Part shown: one piece after another, positions 9,922-19,246 of the stretch | Numbering within the stretch: the stretch's first letter is position 1 | How the letters are laid out: each line of letters starts with the position of its first letter | From: Frankiaceae bacterium | Lineage (GTDB): Bacteria > Actinomycetota > Actinomycetes > JADGOV01 | Assembly: GCA_017882785.1 (NCBI GenBank) | Contig: JADGOV010000003.1 | Coordinates: 1,076 to 65,075 of the forward strand | DNA length: 64,000 nucleotides | Reading direction: 5' to 3' | Notes under the pieces: model-generated | Database searches by the model: none | What the model saw: only the letters and a program-made list of their open reading frames with translations | What the model was told of the DNA's origin: nothing | Program-made: the position numbers and the translations under genes

Positions 9922-10436
9922 GCCCGCTGGCCGCGGTGCTGATGGGCAGCGACTCCGACTGGCCGGTGATGGGCGCGGCGGCGGCCGCGCTGGCCGAGTT
10001 CGATGTCCCCCACGAGGTGCGGGTGGTTTCGGCGCACCGGACACCGGTGGACATGCTCGCCTATGCGCAGGCGGCCGCCGGGCGCCGGCTGAAGGTGATC
10101 ATCGCCGGTGCCGGGGGGGCCGCGCACCTGCCCGGCATGCTGGCCAGCGCCACGCCGCTGCCGGTGATCGGGGTACCCGTGCCGCTGGCCCACCTGGACG
10201 GCCTGGACTCGCTGCTGTCCATCGTGCAGATGCCGGCCGGTGTGCCGGTGGCCACCGTGTCAGTCGCCGGCGCCCGCAACGCCGGGTTGCTGGCGGTGCG
10301 CATGCTCGCCATGAGCGACGACCGGCTCCAGGCGCGGATGACCGCCTTCCAAGACAGCCTCGCCGACGGTGCCCGCCAGAAGGACCGCGGACTCACCGAA
10401 CGGCTCCAAGGCAGCGGCCCGGCCGGCCCGGCCTAG
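9918..10436 (+). CDS. purE: N5-carboxyaminoimidazole ribonucleotide mutase
   Basis: [18 protein letters not shown]...[18 protein letters not shown] is the PurE signature. ATGA overlap with purK. Confidence 0.9.
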   Translation: MSPLAAVLMGSDSDWPVMGAAAAALAEFDVPHEVRVVSAHRTPVDMLAYAQAAAGRRLKVIIAGAGGAAHLPGMLASATPLPVIGVPVPLAHLDGLDSLLSIVQMPAGVPVATVSVAGARNAGLLAVRMLAMSDDRLQARMTAFQDSLADGARQKDRGLTERLQGSGPAGPA

Positions 10437-10852
10437 CCGCTGGCGACTCCGGTCGGGCCGTACGCTGCCCATTCGATTGCCGGGCAGTGGTCCATCACCA
10501 TTTCGATCCCGGCCGCTCGTACTCGGGCGGCTGCGGCCTCGTCGATGACGCCGAGCTGGAACCACACTGCTCGGGCGCCAACGGCGATGGCCTCGTCGGC
10601 GACATCGCCGGCGCAGTCCGAGCGGCGGAAGACGTCGACACAGTCCACCGGGAAGGGAATGTCGGCGAGCGCCGGGTAGCAGCGCTCGCCGAGGACCTCG
10701 CCACCCGCCGGGTGGACCGGCACGATGCGCTTGCCTCGTGCCTGCAGGAACGCCGCCACGCGGTACGCCGGTCGCGTTGGGGTGCGCAGCCCGACCACCG
10801 CCCAGGTGTGGCAGTCGTGCAGCACGCGGCGGATGGCATCCTGATCAGTCAT
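10433..10852 (-). CDS. CoA-binding domain protein (YccU-like)
   Basis: 139 aa; the WAVVGLRTP...[19 protein letters not shown] pattern is typical of CoA_binding_2. Confidence 0.7.
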   Translation of the reverse strand: MTDQDAIRRVLHDCHTWAVVGLRTPTRPAYRVAAFLQARGKRIVPVHPAGGEVLGERCYPALADIPFPVDCVDVFRRSDCAGDVADEAIAVGARAVWFQLGVIDEAAAARVRAAGIEMVMDHCPAIEWAAYGPTGVASG

Positions 10853-10884
10853 GCCAGTCTCCTACCCAGTCGACCTATTCGTGA

Positions 10885-12210
10885 TCAGTGTCGGCCGAGA
10901 GCCCGATAGGTCCAGCCAGCGGCCCGCCACCGCACCGGGTCCAGCGCGTTGCGGCCGTCCACGATGTTGCGCCGATTGACCACCGTGCCCAGGGCCGCCG
11001 GATCCATGGTGCGGAACTCGGCCCACTCGGTGAGGTGCAGAACGAGGTCCGCGCCCGCCGCGGCTGCCATCGCGCTCTCTGCGTAGCTGAGTTGAGGGTA
11101 GTCCCGGCGGGCGTTGTCCAGCGCCGCCGGGTCGTACACCCAGACCGTGGCCCCCCGGCGCTGGATGGTTGCGGCGACGTCGAGCGCTGGCGAGTCCCGG
11201 ATGTCGTCGCTGTTCGGCTTGAACGCGGCTCCCAGCACGGCCACCCGGCAATTGCGGAAGGACCCCTCGGCCAGTTCCTCGGCAAGGTCGACCAGCCGGG
11301 CCCGTCGGCGCAGGTTGATCGCGTCCACTTCGCGTAGGAAGGAGAGCGCCTGATCGACGCCCAACTCCTCGGCCCGGGCCATGAACGCCCGGATGTCCTT
11401 GGGCAGGCAGCCCCCGCCGAAGCCGAGTCCCGCATGGAGGAAACGGCCGCCGATCCGCTCGTCGTAGGACAGCGCCTCGGACAGTTGGGTGACATCGGCC
11501 CCGGTCACCTCGCAGACCTCGGCCATGGCGTTGATGAAAGAGATCTTCGTCGCCAGGAAGGCGTTCGCGGCCACCTTGACGAGCTCCGCAGTGGCGAAGT
11601 CAGTGATCACAACGGGGGTACCGGCGGCCAGGATGGGGGCGTAGGCCGCGCGGAGCAACGTTTCCCCCCGAGGCGAGACCACCCCGAACACGAGCCGGTC
11701 CGGCCGCAGCGTGTCCCGCACCGCGAAGCCCTCCCGCAGAAACTCCGGGCTCCAGGCCAGTTCCACCTGCTCACCGGCCGGTGCCGTGGCCCGCAGCGTC
11801 TGGGCCACCCCCACCGCTGTGCCGGCCGGCACCGTGGACTTGCCGACAACCAGGCAGGGCCGCGACAGGTGCGGCGCCAGCGCGTCCACCGCGGCGTGCA
11901 GGGCGCTGAGGTCGGCAGCGTAGTCATCCTTGCGCTGCGGTGTGCCCACACAGAGGAAATGCACGTCCCCGAAATCGCCGACGTCGGCGAAGGAGGTAGT
12001 GAAGCGCAGCCTGCCGGTCTCGAGGTTCTTCCGGAGCACCTGTTCCAGCTCGGGCTCGTAGAACGGGACTTCCCCGGCGGCCAGCCGGGCGATCTTGGTC
12101 TCGTCGATGTCGACCCCCAGGACCTCGAAACCGAGATCGGCCATGCAGGCGGCATGGGTCGTGCCGAGGTAGCCGGTGCCGATGACGGTCAGTCTGGGAC
12201 GGGTGGACAC
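10885..12210 (-). CDS. ugd: UDP-glucose 6-dehydrogenase (UDP-glucose/GDP-mannose dehydrogenase family)
   Basis: N-terminal Rossmann motif VIGTGYLGTTHAACMADLGFEVLGVDID plus central and C-terminal UDPG_MGDP_dh motifs. The start was trimmed to GTG 12210 (VSTRPRLTVIG). Confidence 0.85.
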   Translation of the reverse strand: MSTRPRLTVIGTGYLGTTHAACMADLGFEVLGVDIDETKIARLAAGEVPFYEPELEQVLRKNLETGRLRFTTSFADVGDFGDVHFLCVGTPQRKDDYAADLSALHAAVDALAPHLSRPCLVVGKSTVPAGTAVGVAQTLRATAPAGEQVELAWSPEFLREGFAVRDTLRPDRLVFGVVSPRGETLLRAAYAPILAAGTPVVITDFATAELVKVAANAFLATKISFINAMAEVCEVTGADVTQLSEALSYDERIGGRFLHAGLGFGGGCLPKDIRAFMARAEELGVDQALSFLREVDAINLRRRARLVDLAEELAEGSFRNCRVAVLGAAFKPNSDDIRDSPALDVAATIQRRGATVWVYDPAALDNARRDYPQLSYAESAMAAAAGADLVLHLTEWAEFRTMDPAALGTVVNRRNIVDGRNALDPVRWRAAGWTYRALGRH

Positions 12211-12259
12211 CGGGGGAGCGTACTGACGGGATGCGGCCTGGGGCGGGCAGAATCGGCAT

Positions 12260-12835
12260 ATGGGTGCCGAACCGATGCTGCCAACCTCCGAGCCGCCGAC
12301 GCTGGATGCCAAGCCTGCGTCAGCCGCCCGGACCCGACTAGCCCGGATCATGAGCGGGACGGACACCAACCTGCACGGCAACATTCACGGCGGTGTCATC
12401 ATGCGCATCGTCGACGACGTCGGCGGCGCGACGGCTGCCCGGCACTCCGGCGGGCGCGCCGTCACCGCGTCGATGGATGAGATGGTGTTCCTCATCCCGG
12501 TGCGTGTCGGTGACTTGGTGACCGCATCCGCGCAGGTGAACTGGGCCGGCAAGACCTCGATGGAGGTCGGCGTGCGGGTAAGCGCGGAGCGGTGGGACGA
12601 GGCAGGGCAGGTGCCGACGCACGTCGCCTCGGCGTACTTGGTGTATGTGGCCGTGGACGAGTTCGGCTGCCCCCGAGCGGTCCCGCCGGTGCTGCCGCAG
12701 ACACCGGCGGAACGGCAACGAGAGCACGAGGCGGAGATCCGCCGAGAGAGCCGGCTGGCCCGCCGCACGGCGATCGTCAAGCTGCGGTCGGCGCGGGGCG
12801 AGCCGGTCGAGCGGGGCGCGCGCTTCGGAGACTGA
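12260..12835 (+). CDS. Acyl-CoA thioesterase (hotdog fold, YciA-like)
   Basis: NLHGNIHGGVIMRIVDDVGG...MDEMVFLIPVRVGDLV is the 4HBT/YciA pattern. Confidence 0.75.
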   Translation: MGAEPMLPTSEPPTLDAKPASAARTRLARIMSGTDTNLHGNIHGGVIMRIVDDVGGATAARHSGGRAVTASMDEMVFLIPVRVGDLVTASAQVNWAGKTSMEVGVRVSAERWDEAGQVPTHVASAYLVYVAVDEFGCPRAVPPVLPQTPAERQREHEAEIRRESRLARRTAIVKLRSARGEPVERGARFGD

Positions 12836-12963
12836 CACTCGACGATCCGCGGAACGCACCGCATCGGTGAGTGCCGACCGGTAGCGTCGTCCCACCCGCT
12901 TGAACCCGCTGCCCGGCGGATGGCCGGCGGGCATCGCGCGCACGGTGGGCTGCGGGGTGGGCT

Positions 12964-14454
12964 GTGTCGCATCTGTGGACCCGGGGGAGCGACTTGCCAG
13001 GCAGTGCCGATCGAGACTCGGGCCGGAGCGGGGCCGGCCTTCCCCCCGGACTCGACCCTCGTCAGGCCCGCCCGGCGCACCGGCTGCGGTGGCCGCGCGT
13101 GCTGGCCTGGATCGCCGGCGTCACCAGCATGCTCATCGTGATCACCAGCGCCACCCTCTATGCCGCGTACCGCCACTACGGGGGTCGGATCGAGGCGATC
13201 CCCGGACTCGGCGCCCTCGCGAACAGCCCGAGCGGCAGGAGTCGGGGTGTCAACTACCTCATCGTGGGATCTGACAGCGGTGACGGGCTCACCGATGCCC
13301 AGTTGCGCGAGGTCGGCGCGAACCGGGTCGGGCGTGACGGGACCCGGACAGACACGATCATCCTCGTGCACGTGCCCCCTGGCGGCCGGCAGGCGCGATT
13401 CATCAGCATCCCCCGTGACTCCTACGTGGCCATCCCGGGGCACGGCCACAACAAGATCAACAGTGCCTTCGGCTACGGCGAGCGCACGCACAAGGGGGGT
13501 GGCCCGGCCACACTGCTCGCGACCGTCCAGCAGGTGACCGGCCTGCACATCGACCACTACGTGCAGGTCTCCCTTTTCGGCTTCTACACGATCACCAACG
13601 CCGTCGGTGGTGTGGACGTCTGCCTCATACATCCGGTCAAGGAGTGGCACGCCAACATCGATCTGCCCGCGGGTCGGCAGACCCTGCACGGCAAGGACGC
13701 CCTGGCTTTCGTCCGGCAGCGTTACGACCTCCCCGGCGGTGACCTCGGTCGGATCAGGCGCCAGCAGTATTTCCTCGGGGCACTGACGCGCAAGGTGCTC
13801 TCTGCCGGCGTGCTGCTCAACCCCTTCCGGCTGAACAGCCTGCTCAACGCGGCCGGGAGCAGTGTCCGGGTCGACCCCGGCACTACGCGCGGGGATCTCA
13901 TCAATCTCGCGCTCAAGCTCCGATCGGTCTCCGCCGGCAAAGTGGCGTTCGAGACCATCCCCGTTGCCGGCTCAGCGGCTCGGCGCGACCTACCCGGACA
14001 GGCGAACGCGAGCGTCGTGCTGCTCGACGAGGCCGCGTTACCGGGCTTCTTCGCCTCCCTCGACGCCGCGACGCCCTCAGCCGCCGCATCGCTGACCGTT
14101 GCCCCATCGGCCATTGTGGTCGACCTGGAGAATGCCACGACGAGGGCTGGGCTGGCTCGGCGAGTCGGGACTGCACTGGCCGGAGTCGGCTTCCGCGTCG
14201 GTCAAGTCCGTCCGGCCGCGCGCACCGACGTCACCACCACGGTGGTTCGGTACGGCGCCGCCCGCGCCGACTCGGCCCGCACAGTAGCGGCCGCCCTGCC
14301 CGGCTCGCGGTTGGCACGTGACTCGTCCCTGCCACCGTCCGGCCTGGTGGTCACGGTCGGGTCGAACTACCGCGGTGTGCGCAAGGTCACGGTGGCATCT
14401 CATGGTGCGTCCACGCCGCACTCGACGGCCGCCGACCGGGGCTGCATCGCCTGA
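12964..14454 (+). CDS. LCP family (LytR-CpsA-Psr) cell-envelope glycopolymer ligase with C-terminal LytR_C domain
   Basis: N-terminal TM helix, then LIVGSDSGDG...RTDTIILVHV...FISIPRDSYV...GHNKINSAF (LCP catalytic core). C-terminal LytR_C-type region. Confidence 0.85.
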   Translation: MSHLWTRGSDLPGSADRDSGRSGAGLPPGLDPRQARPAHRLRWPRVLAWIAGVTSMLIVITSATLYAAYRHYGGRIEAIPGLGALANSPSGRSRGVNYLIVGSDSGDGLTDAQLREVGANRVGRDGTRTDTIILVHVPPGGRQARFISIPRDSYVAIPGHGHNKINSAFGYGERTHKGGGPATLLATVQQVTGLHIDHYVQVSLFGFYTITNAVGGVDVCLIHPVKEWHANIDLPAGRQTLHGKDALAFVRQRYDLPGGDLGRIRRQQYFLGALTRKVLSAGVLLNPFRLNSLLNAAGSSVRVDPGTTRGDLINLALKLRSVSAGKVAFETIPVAGSAARRDLPGQANASVVLLDEAALPGFFASLDAATPSAAASLTVAPSAIVVDLENATTRAGLARRVGTALAGVGFRVGQVRPAARTDVTTTVVRYGAARADSARTVAAALPGSRLARDSSLPPSGLVVTVGSNYRGVRKVTVASHGASTPHSTAADRGCIA

Positions 14455-14484
14455 CACCTGCGGGTCACCGCCTGTCACGGCCGG

Positions 14485-16383
14485 TCAACCACCGGCGCGG
14501 GCCACCCACACATTCACCGACAGCGGCACGGTGCCCGCAGGCCGGTGCAGGAGTAGCCGAGCGTCCTCCCTCGTGTGCAGGCTGACCACGTGTCGCGGCG
14601 TCAAGCCGGCCACCCGCAGCACCTCTGGCGTCATCGCGACGACGTCGAGCGACCGGCCGGCCGCGGCGACGGCCCTCTGCAGCGCAGGCAGGGTGGCGCG
14701 CAGCTGACGCTCGGACACCACGCCGACGGGCAGACCGCACAGCCCCCGCAGCGTCTGCGGCAGCTCGTTGCGGGCTCGGGACCCCGTGACGACCACGGCG
14801 GAGCGGGGTCCGAGCGCGGTGCACACGTGCTGGACCGTCGCTACCTGACCGCGTTCCGTGGCGGCGCCGAGCAGGGGCTTGGTCGCCGCCAGGACCGGCA
14901 CCAGGGCCACCACCGCCCCGCCGGCTGCCCACAGTGGCGGCACTCGCGCCAACGCCCACGCCGCGCAGATCGCCAGAGCAGGCAGCAGCACCGGGACCAG
15001 CCGCCGATCGGCCCAGGGATGGTCCGGGGTGATGCTCGGTTGCCAGAGAACGATCAGTGTGGCCGCCGCAAGAACCAACAGCAGCGCCGCGGGGTCGTAG
15101 GAGCCCATCCACGGGACCGTGGCCAGCCGCCGCCGGACCAGCAGCGCGCAGCCGCCGAACGCGAGGATGAGCGCGGGCCAGCCGACCCACCAGGCCACCC
15201 AGTGCAGCGTCCACTCGTCGTAGGTCCGGGTGGGATCGAACGGCAACCCCTGCCGCCGCTGCAGGGCGCCGATCATGCCGGACGCGCTGTTGGGCCGTCG
15301 TACGGTCTGCAGCAGCGGCCGGAGGGTGAAGACCAGTCCCACCACAGCCACCGCCGACGCAGCTGCCGGTGCCAGCCACGCCGGCCGGAAGCCGGCGCGC
15401 CAGCGGCCGCGCGCTGCGAGCGCCGCGGCGGTGAGAAGCACCGCGGCGGCCGCGATCTGCAGCAACGGACCGCCGAGCGAGGCCAGGTACGGTCGGCTCA
15501 GCACTGCGCCGGTGAGCAGCCCCGTACCCACCCCGAGGCCGGCCCCGGCCCCGGCCGCTGGTGAGACGAGCACCGCGTACGGGGCCAGGAGCAGCAGATC
15601 GGCCGGCGCGTCGATCCGGGCCACCGTGGCCAGCCCGGCGAACAGCCCGCCGAGGAGGTCCGCGCGGCGCTCGGCAAGCAGCGCCAGTCCGCCGAAGAGC
15701 AGCAGCAGCGCCAGCGGCTCGCTGTAGGGGGAACGCGCGGCGTGCAGTACCGGGTACATGGCGCCCACGGCGAGGGCGGTGAACGGCGCCGCGCGGGGAC
15801 CGACCAGTCGCGCGGTGAGACCGGCCACCGCCAGCAGCGCGCCGGCGCCGAGCAGCGCGTTCGCGTGCAGGATCCCGGACAGGCCGCCGACCCAGCCGGC
15901 CGCGGCCAGCAGCAGCGGCGTGCCGGGCAGGAACTGGGGCACGACCGAGCCGCCGGCGGCGTAGAAGCCGGGGGAGGAGAAGGTGACCCCAGGTCCGAAC
16001 ACCCGCGCCGACGCGGGTATCGGCAGAATGCCGTGAGCGCTCAGCCACTGGGCATACAGCGTGTAGGAACCCGGGTCACGCCGCAGCACGACGTGCTCGG
16101 AGGAGAAGCTCCAGGCCAACACGAGGAAGCCGGCCACGACGACCAGCGTCAGCCACCCCGCCCAGGCCGGTCCGTCGAGCCGTGGACAGCGGCGCAGGAC
16201 CAGCCAGGCCAGCGCGAGGGCCGCCGGCCCGGCCAGCAGCGTCGCCGGCACGGGCCGGTAGACGCCGGCGAGCAGCAGCGGCAGGCTGGCGAGCAGCCAT
16301 CCGGCGGCCGCTGCGGACAGGGCGAGTGGGGCACACCCCAGGACGAGCGGAGTGACCGCCAGCCGGTGCCACGGGCGTGTCAC
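14485..16383 (-). CDS. Large polytopic integral membrane protein, putative GT-C-type glycosyltransferase
   Basis: About 633 aa with many hydrophobic helices (VTRPWHRLAVTPLVLGCAPLALSAAAAGWLL...). GTG start at 16383 overlaps the stop of the upstream DUF2079 gene (GTGA). The first ~370 codons of the 1017-aa ORF-track entry are out-of-frame filler. The functional assignment is tentative. Confidence 0.55.
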   Translation of the reverse strand: MTRPWHRLAVTPLVLGCAPLALSAAAAGWLLASLPLLLAGVYRPVPATLLAGPAALALAWLVLRRCPRLDGPAWAGWLTLVVVAGFLVLAWSFSSEHVVLRRDPGSYTLYAQWLSAHGILPIPASARVFGPGVTFSSPGFYAAGGSVVPQFLPGTPLLLAAAGWVGGLSGILHANALLGAGALLAVAGLTARLVGPRAAPFTALAVGAMYPVLHAARSPYSEPLALLLLFGGLALLAERRADLLGGLFAGLATVARIDAPADLLLLAPYAVLVSPAAGAGAGLGVGTGLLTGAVLSRPYLASLGGPLLQIAAAAVLLTAAALAARGRWRAGFRPAWLAPAAASAVAVVGLVFTLRPLLQTVRRPNSASGMIGALQRRQGLPFDPTRTYDEWTLHWVAWWVGWPALILAFGGCALLVRRRLATVPWMGSYDPAALLLVLAAATLIVLWQPSITPDHPWADRRLVPVLLPALAICAAWALARVPPLWAAGGAVVALVPVLAATKPLLGAATERGQVATVQHVCTALGPRSAVVVTGSRARNELPQTLRGLCGLPVGVVSERQLRATLPALQRAVAAAGRSLDVVAMTPEVLRVAGLTPRHVVSLHTREDARLLLHRPAGTVPLSVNVWVARAGG

Positions 16384-17933
16384 GGACGCTGCAGGAGCCG
16401 GAACCCGCCGGCCGCGGCGACCACCCGGTAGCCGCCGGTGAGCAGCGCGGCGAAACGGGCCCGCGCCTGGCCCACGTCGTCGAACGGGAAATACCGGGTC
16501 CCGACGTCGATGAGGACCCACGGCGCGCCGCGCGAGGTGGCGTCGAGCAGGAGTACGTGCGTGCGCCGGGTGAGGTGCGGGCCGAGCCGGCTGTCGGCCT
16601 CGATGGTCACGCCGTTCGGCACCAGCGCCGTGATGTCCTGGGCAGCGCGCATGGCGGGCGTGGTCGTCCACTCGTCCCGGGTGAGCAGGGTGCGGAAGGC
16701 GAACTGCGGTACCGCAGCGAGGGCGACGCCGAGGGCCGCGGTCCCGGCGACGACCCCGACGAGCCCGCGGGCCCCCGGTCGGAACTGCAACGCCGGAACC
16801 ATCCGGATCAGCCGGGCCAACCCGTCGACGGCACCCATGGCGAGGATCGGCATCAGCACCGCGTTGTAGTGGAAGGCCGTCGACCAGTAGTGCCAGTTCG
16901 TCGATGTCAGCCGCTCGGCCAGGACGGGTAGCGCGAGGAGCACGATCGGCGAGAGCAACGGCAGGAACGCCCACGGTGCGAACAACCAACGCAGCGTGCG
17001 CTGCTTGACCTCCGGATGCGTGAGGAGGTGCAGCGTGTCCAGCGGGTGCCGCGCGACATGCCAGAGCGCGGAGGGCAGATCCGGGCCGAGTGCGCCGTAG
17101 GACCAGTAGGCGAACTCGTGCCCACCAAGCGCGGGGATCAGCACCTTCGTCGTGAGGTAGAACGCCGCTATCCCCCCGACGCCGAGCGCCGATCCGAGGC
17201 GCCGCCAACCGCAGATCGCCAGGTAGATACCGAAGACCCCGACGAACGGGCCGAAGTCCTCCTTCACCGTCAGCAACGCGGCGGCCGCCACAGCGGCCTG
17301 CTCGGGGCGACGCGCCTGCACGCGTTCCAGCGCCAACGCGATGAGTGGCACCGCGAAGGCGATCTCGTGGAAGTCGGTAGCCAACGCGCTCTGGAAGCCC
17401 CAGGCCAACGCGTACGCGGCCGCGACGAGGTAGGCCGGTGCGGCCCCCAGCAGCCGTCGGACGAAGATCCACACAAGGGGCACCGAGGAGGCGAACAACA
17501 CCGCCTGCGCGACCAGCAGCGCCGGCACGTCGTTCCACACCCAGTACACCGGCGCCAGCAGCGCGAGAACCGGACTGAAGTGGTCACCGAGCAGGACGAA
17601 CGAGCTCCCCAGATCGTTGTGGATGCCCTTCACCGGGACCACCGGCAGGTGGAAGTGGGCGTACGCCCGGACGGCCTGGTCGAAGATCACCGAGTCGTAT
17701 GAGGAGGTTCGCAGGTGCCGGTGCTGCTGCAGGGAGAACATCGCGTACAGCGCCGCGGTGCTCAAGGTGAGCAGGCCGACCCATAGCGCATGCCGGCGGA
17801 ACAGGCGGGCGGTCGGCTGCGCCGGCGGCAGGTCGGGCAGTCGAGCCGCACGCTGCGCCACCGGCTGTGCCGGTAGCCTCGTCTGCTCTTGTCCGTTCAG
17901 GCTGTTCCACTCGCCTTCACGGTCGACCCGCAT
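16380..17933 (-). CDS. DUF2079-family integral membrane protein
   Basis: 517 aa and highly hydrophobic. LFRRHALWVGLLTLSTAALYAMFSLQQHRHLRTSSYDSVIFDQAVRAYAHF resembles a DUF2079 N-terminus. It sits between rmlA and the GT-C-like gene. Confidence 0.65.
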   Translation of the reverse strand: MRVDREGEWNSLNGQEQTRLPAQPVAQRAARLPDLPPAQPTARLFRRHALWVGLLTLSTAALYAMFSLQQHRHLRTSSYDSVIFDQAVRAYAHFHLPVVPVKGIHNDLGSSFVLLGDHFSPVLALLAPVYWVWNDVPALLVAQAVLFASSVPLVWIFVRRLLGAAPAYLVAAAYALAWGFQSALATDFHEIAFAVPLIALALERVQARRPEQAAVAAAALLTVKEDFGPFVGVFGIYLAICGWRRLGSALGVGGIAAFYLTTKVLIPALGGHEFAYWSYGALGPDLPSALWHVARHPLDTLHLLTHPEVKQRTLRWLFAPWAFLPLLSPIVLLALPVLAERLTSTNWHYWSTAFHYNAVLMPILAMGAVDGLARLIRMVPALQFRPGARGLVGVVAGTAALGVALAAVPQFAFRTLLTRDEWTTTPAMRAAQDITALVPNGVTIEADSRLGPHLTRRTHVLLLDATSRGAPWVLIDVGTRYFPFDDVGQARARFAALLTGGYRVVAAAGGFRLLQRP

Positions 17934-17978
17934 GCTGCGCCACCGGCCACGCCGGTAGCTTCGCCTGCTCCCGCCCGT

Positions 17979-19067
17979 TCAGGCGATCGACACCTTGCTG
18001 TGGTCGCCCAGCATCAGCCGGTGTGCCCGAGGCAGCGCGCTGGACGGGACAACCTCGACTTCCTTGCCGATCAGGGAATCCTCGATGCGCGCGACACCAC
18101 GGATTGTCGAGTGCTCGAGCACGATCGAGTGTTCGATTTCGGTGCGTTCGATCGAACAGGAGTGGTAGATCGACGTGAACGGGCCGACGTAGCTGTCGAT
18201 GATCTTTGTGTTTCGGCCGACGATGGCGGGTCCGCGGATGGTCGACCTGCATATGGAAGCGCCCTCTTCGACGACGACCCGCCCGACCAGCGTGCTCGCC
18301 TCGTCCACCGTGCCGTGCAGCCCGGGTTCCAGCGACTCCAGGACGAGCCGATTGCAATCCAGCATGTCCTCGAGCCGGCCGGTGTCCTTCCAGTACCCGG
18401 TGACGAAGTGTGGGGTCACCCGAGCGCCCGCGTCGATCAGCCATTGAATCGCGTCCGTTATCTCCAGCTCGCCGCGTCCGCTCGGTTGGATCGCCCGCAC
18501 CGCGTCGTGCACGCGGGGGCCGAACATGTAGACCCCGACCAGCGCCAGATCGCTGCGCGGATTCGCCGGCTTCTCGACCAGGCGGGCCACCGTTCCGTCC
18601 GCACCCAGCTCGGCCACGCCGAACTGGCTGGGGTCGGCGACCTTGGTGAGCAGGATCTGGGCGTCCGGCCGCTCGGCGCAGAAGTCCGCGACGAGCGCGT
18701 TGATGCCGCCGATGAGGAAGTTGTCTCCGAGGTACATGACGAACGGATCCGCGCCGAGGAAGTCTCGGGCGATGAGCACGCAGTGTGCCAGGCCCAGCGG
18801 CGCGGCCTGCGGGATGTAGGTGACGGATATGCCCATGTCGCTCCCGTCGCCGACCGCGGCCTCGATCTCCCTGACGGTGTCCCCGACGATGATCCCGATA
18901 TCGGTGATGCCGGCGTCGCGAACAGCCTCCAGGCAGTAGAACAACACCGGCTTGTTCGCCACCGGCACCAGCTGCTTGGCCGAGGTGTGCGTGATCGGGC
19001 GCAAGCGGGTACCCGCGCCGCCGGAGAGCACAAGCGCCTTCACGAGTAGCGAGGGTAGCCGGGTCAA
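17979..19067 (-). CDS. rmlA: Glucose-1-phosphate thymidylyltransferase (long form with C-terminal left-handed beta-helix)
   Basis: KALVLSGGAGTRLRPITHTSAKQLVPVANKP...YLGDN are RmlA motifs. The start may be the GTG at 19043 (VKALVLSGG) rather than 19067. Confidence 0.85.
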   Translation of the reverse strand: MTRLPSLLVKALVLSGGAGTRLRPITHTSAKQLVPVANKPVLFYCLEAVRDAGITDIGIIVGDTVREIEAAVGDGSDMGISVTYIPQAAPLGLAHCVLIARDFLGADPFVMYLGDNFLIGGINALVADFCAERPDAQILLTKVADPSQFGVAELGADGTVARLVEKPANPRSDLALVGVYMFGPRVHDAVRAIQPSGRGELEITDAIQWLIDAGARVTPHFVTGYWKDTGRLEDMLDCNRLVLESLEPGLHGTVDEASTLVGRVVVEEGASICRSTIRGPAIVGRNTKIIDSYVGPFTSIYHSCSIERTEIEHSIVLEHSTIRGVARIEDSLIGKEVEVVPSSALPRAHRLMLGDHSKVSIA

Positions 19068-19246
19068 TCGTCGGGGCGCGGCGTGCCGAGCCCGAGCGCG
19101 CGCTTCTTGGCGTTATGATCAAGGGGTCCGGCCGGAAAAGCCGTGCTCCTGGCGTCTGCTGCCATGCCAAGATGGGGCGATTGTCCCCTTTCCTACCGGC
19201 CGCGGGAACCGGGCACGTAGCCTGACCGTCACAACTGAGACTGGTT

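Noticed and set aside
9102-10436. 444-aa ORF
   Set aside because: Only the C-terminal 173 codons (purE) are genuine; upstream it is an alternate frame of purK.
14485-17538. 1017-aa minus-strand ORF (and overlapping 14465-16048 and 14575-15564 ORFs)
   Set aside because: The first ~370 codons are an Arg/Gly-rich out-of-frame read-through across the DUF2079 gene. The real product starts at the GTGA-coupled GTG at 16383. The other two ORFs are Arg/Gly/Pro-rich artefacts inside the membrane-protein gene.
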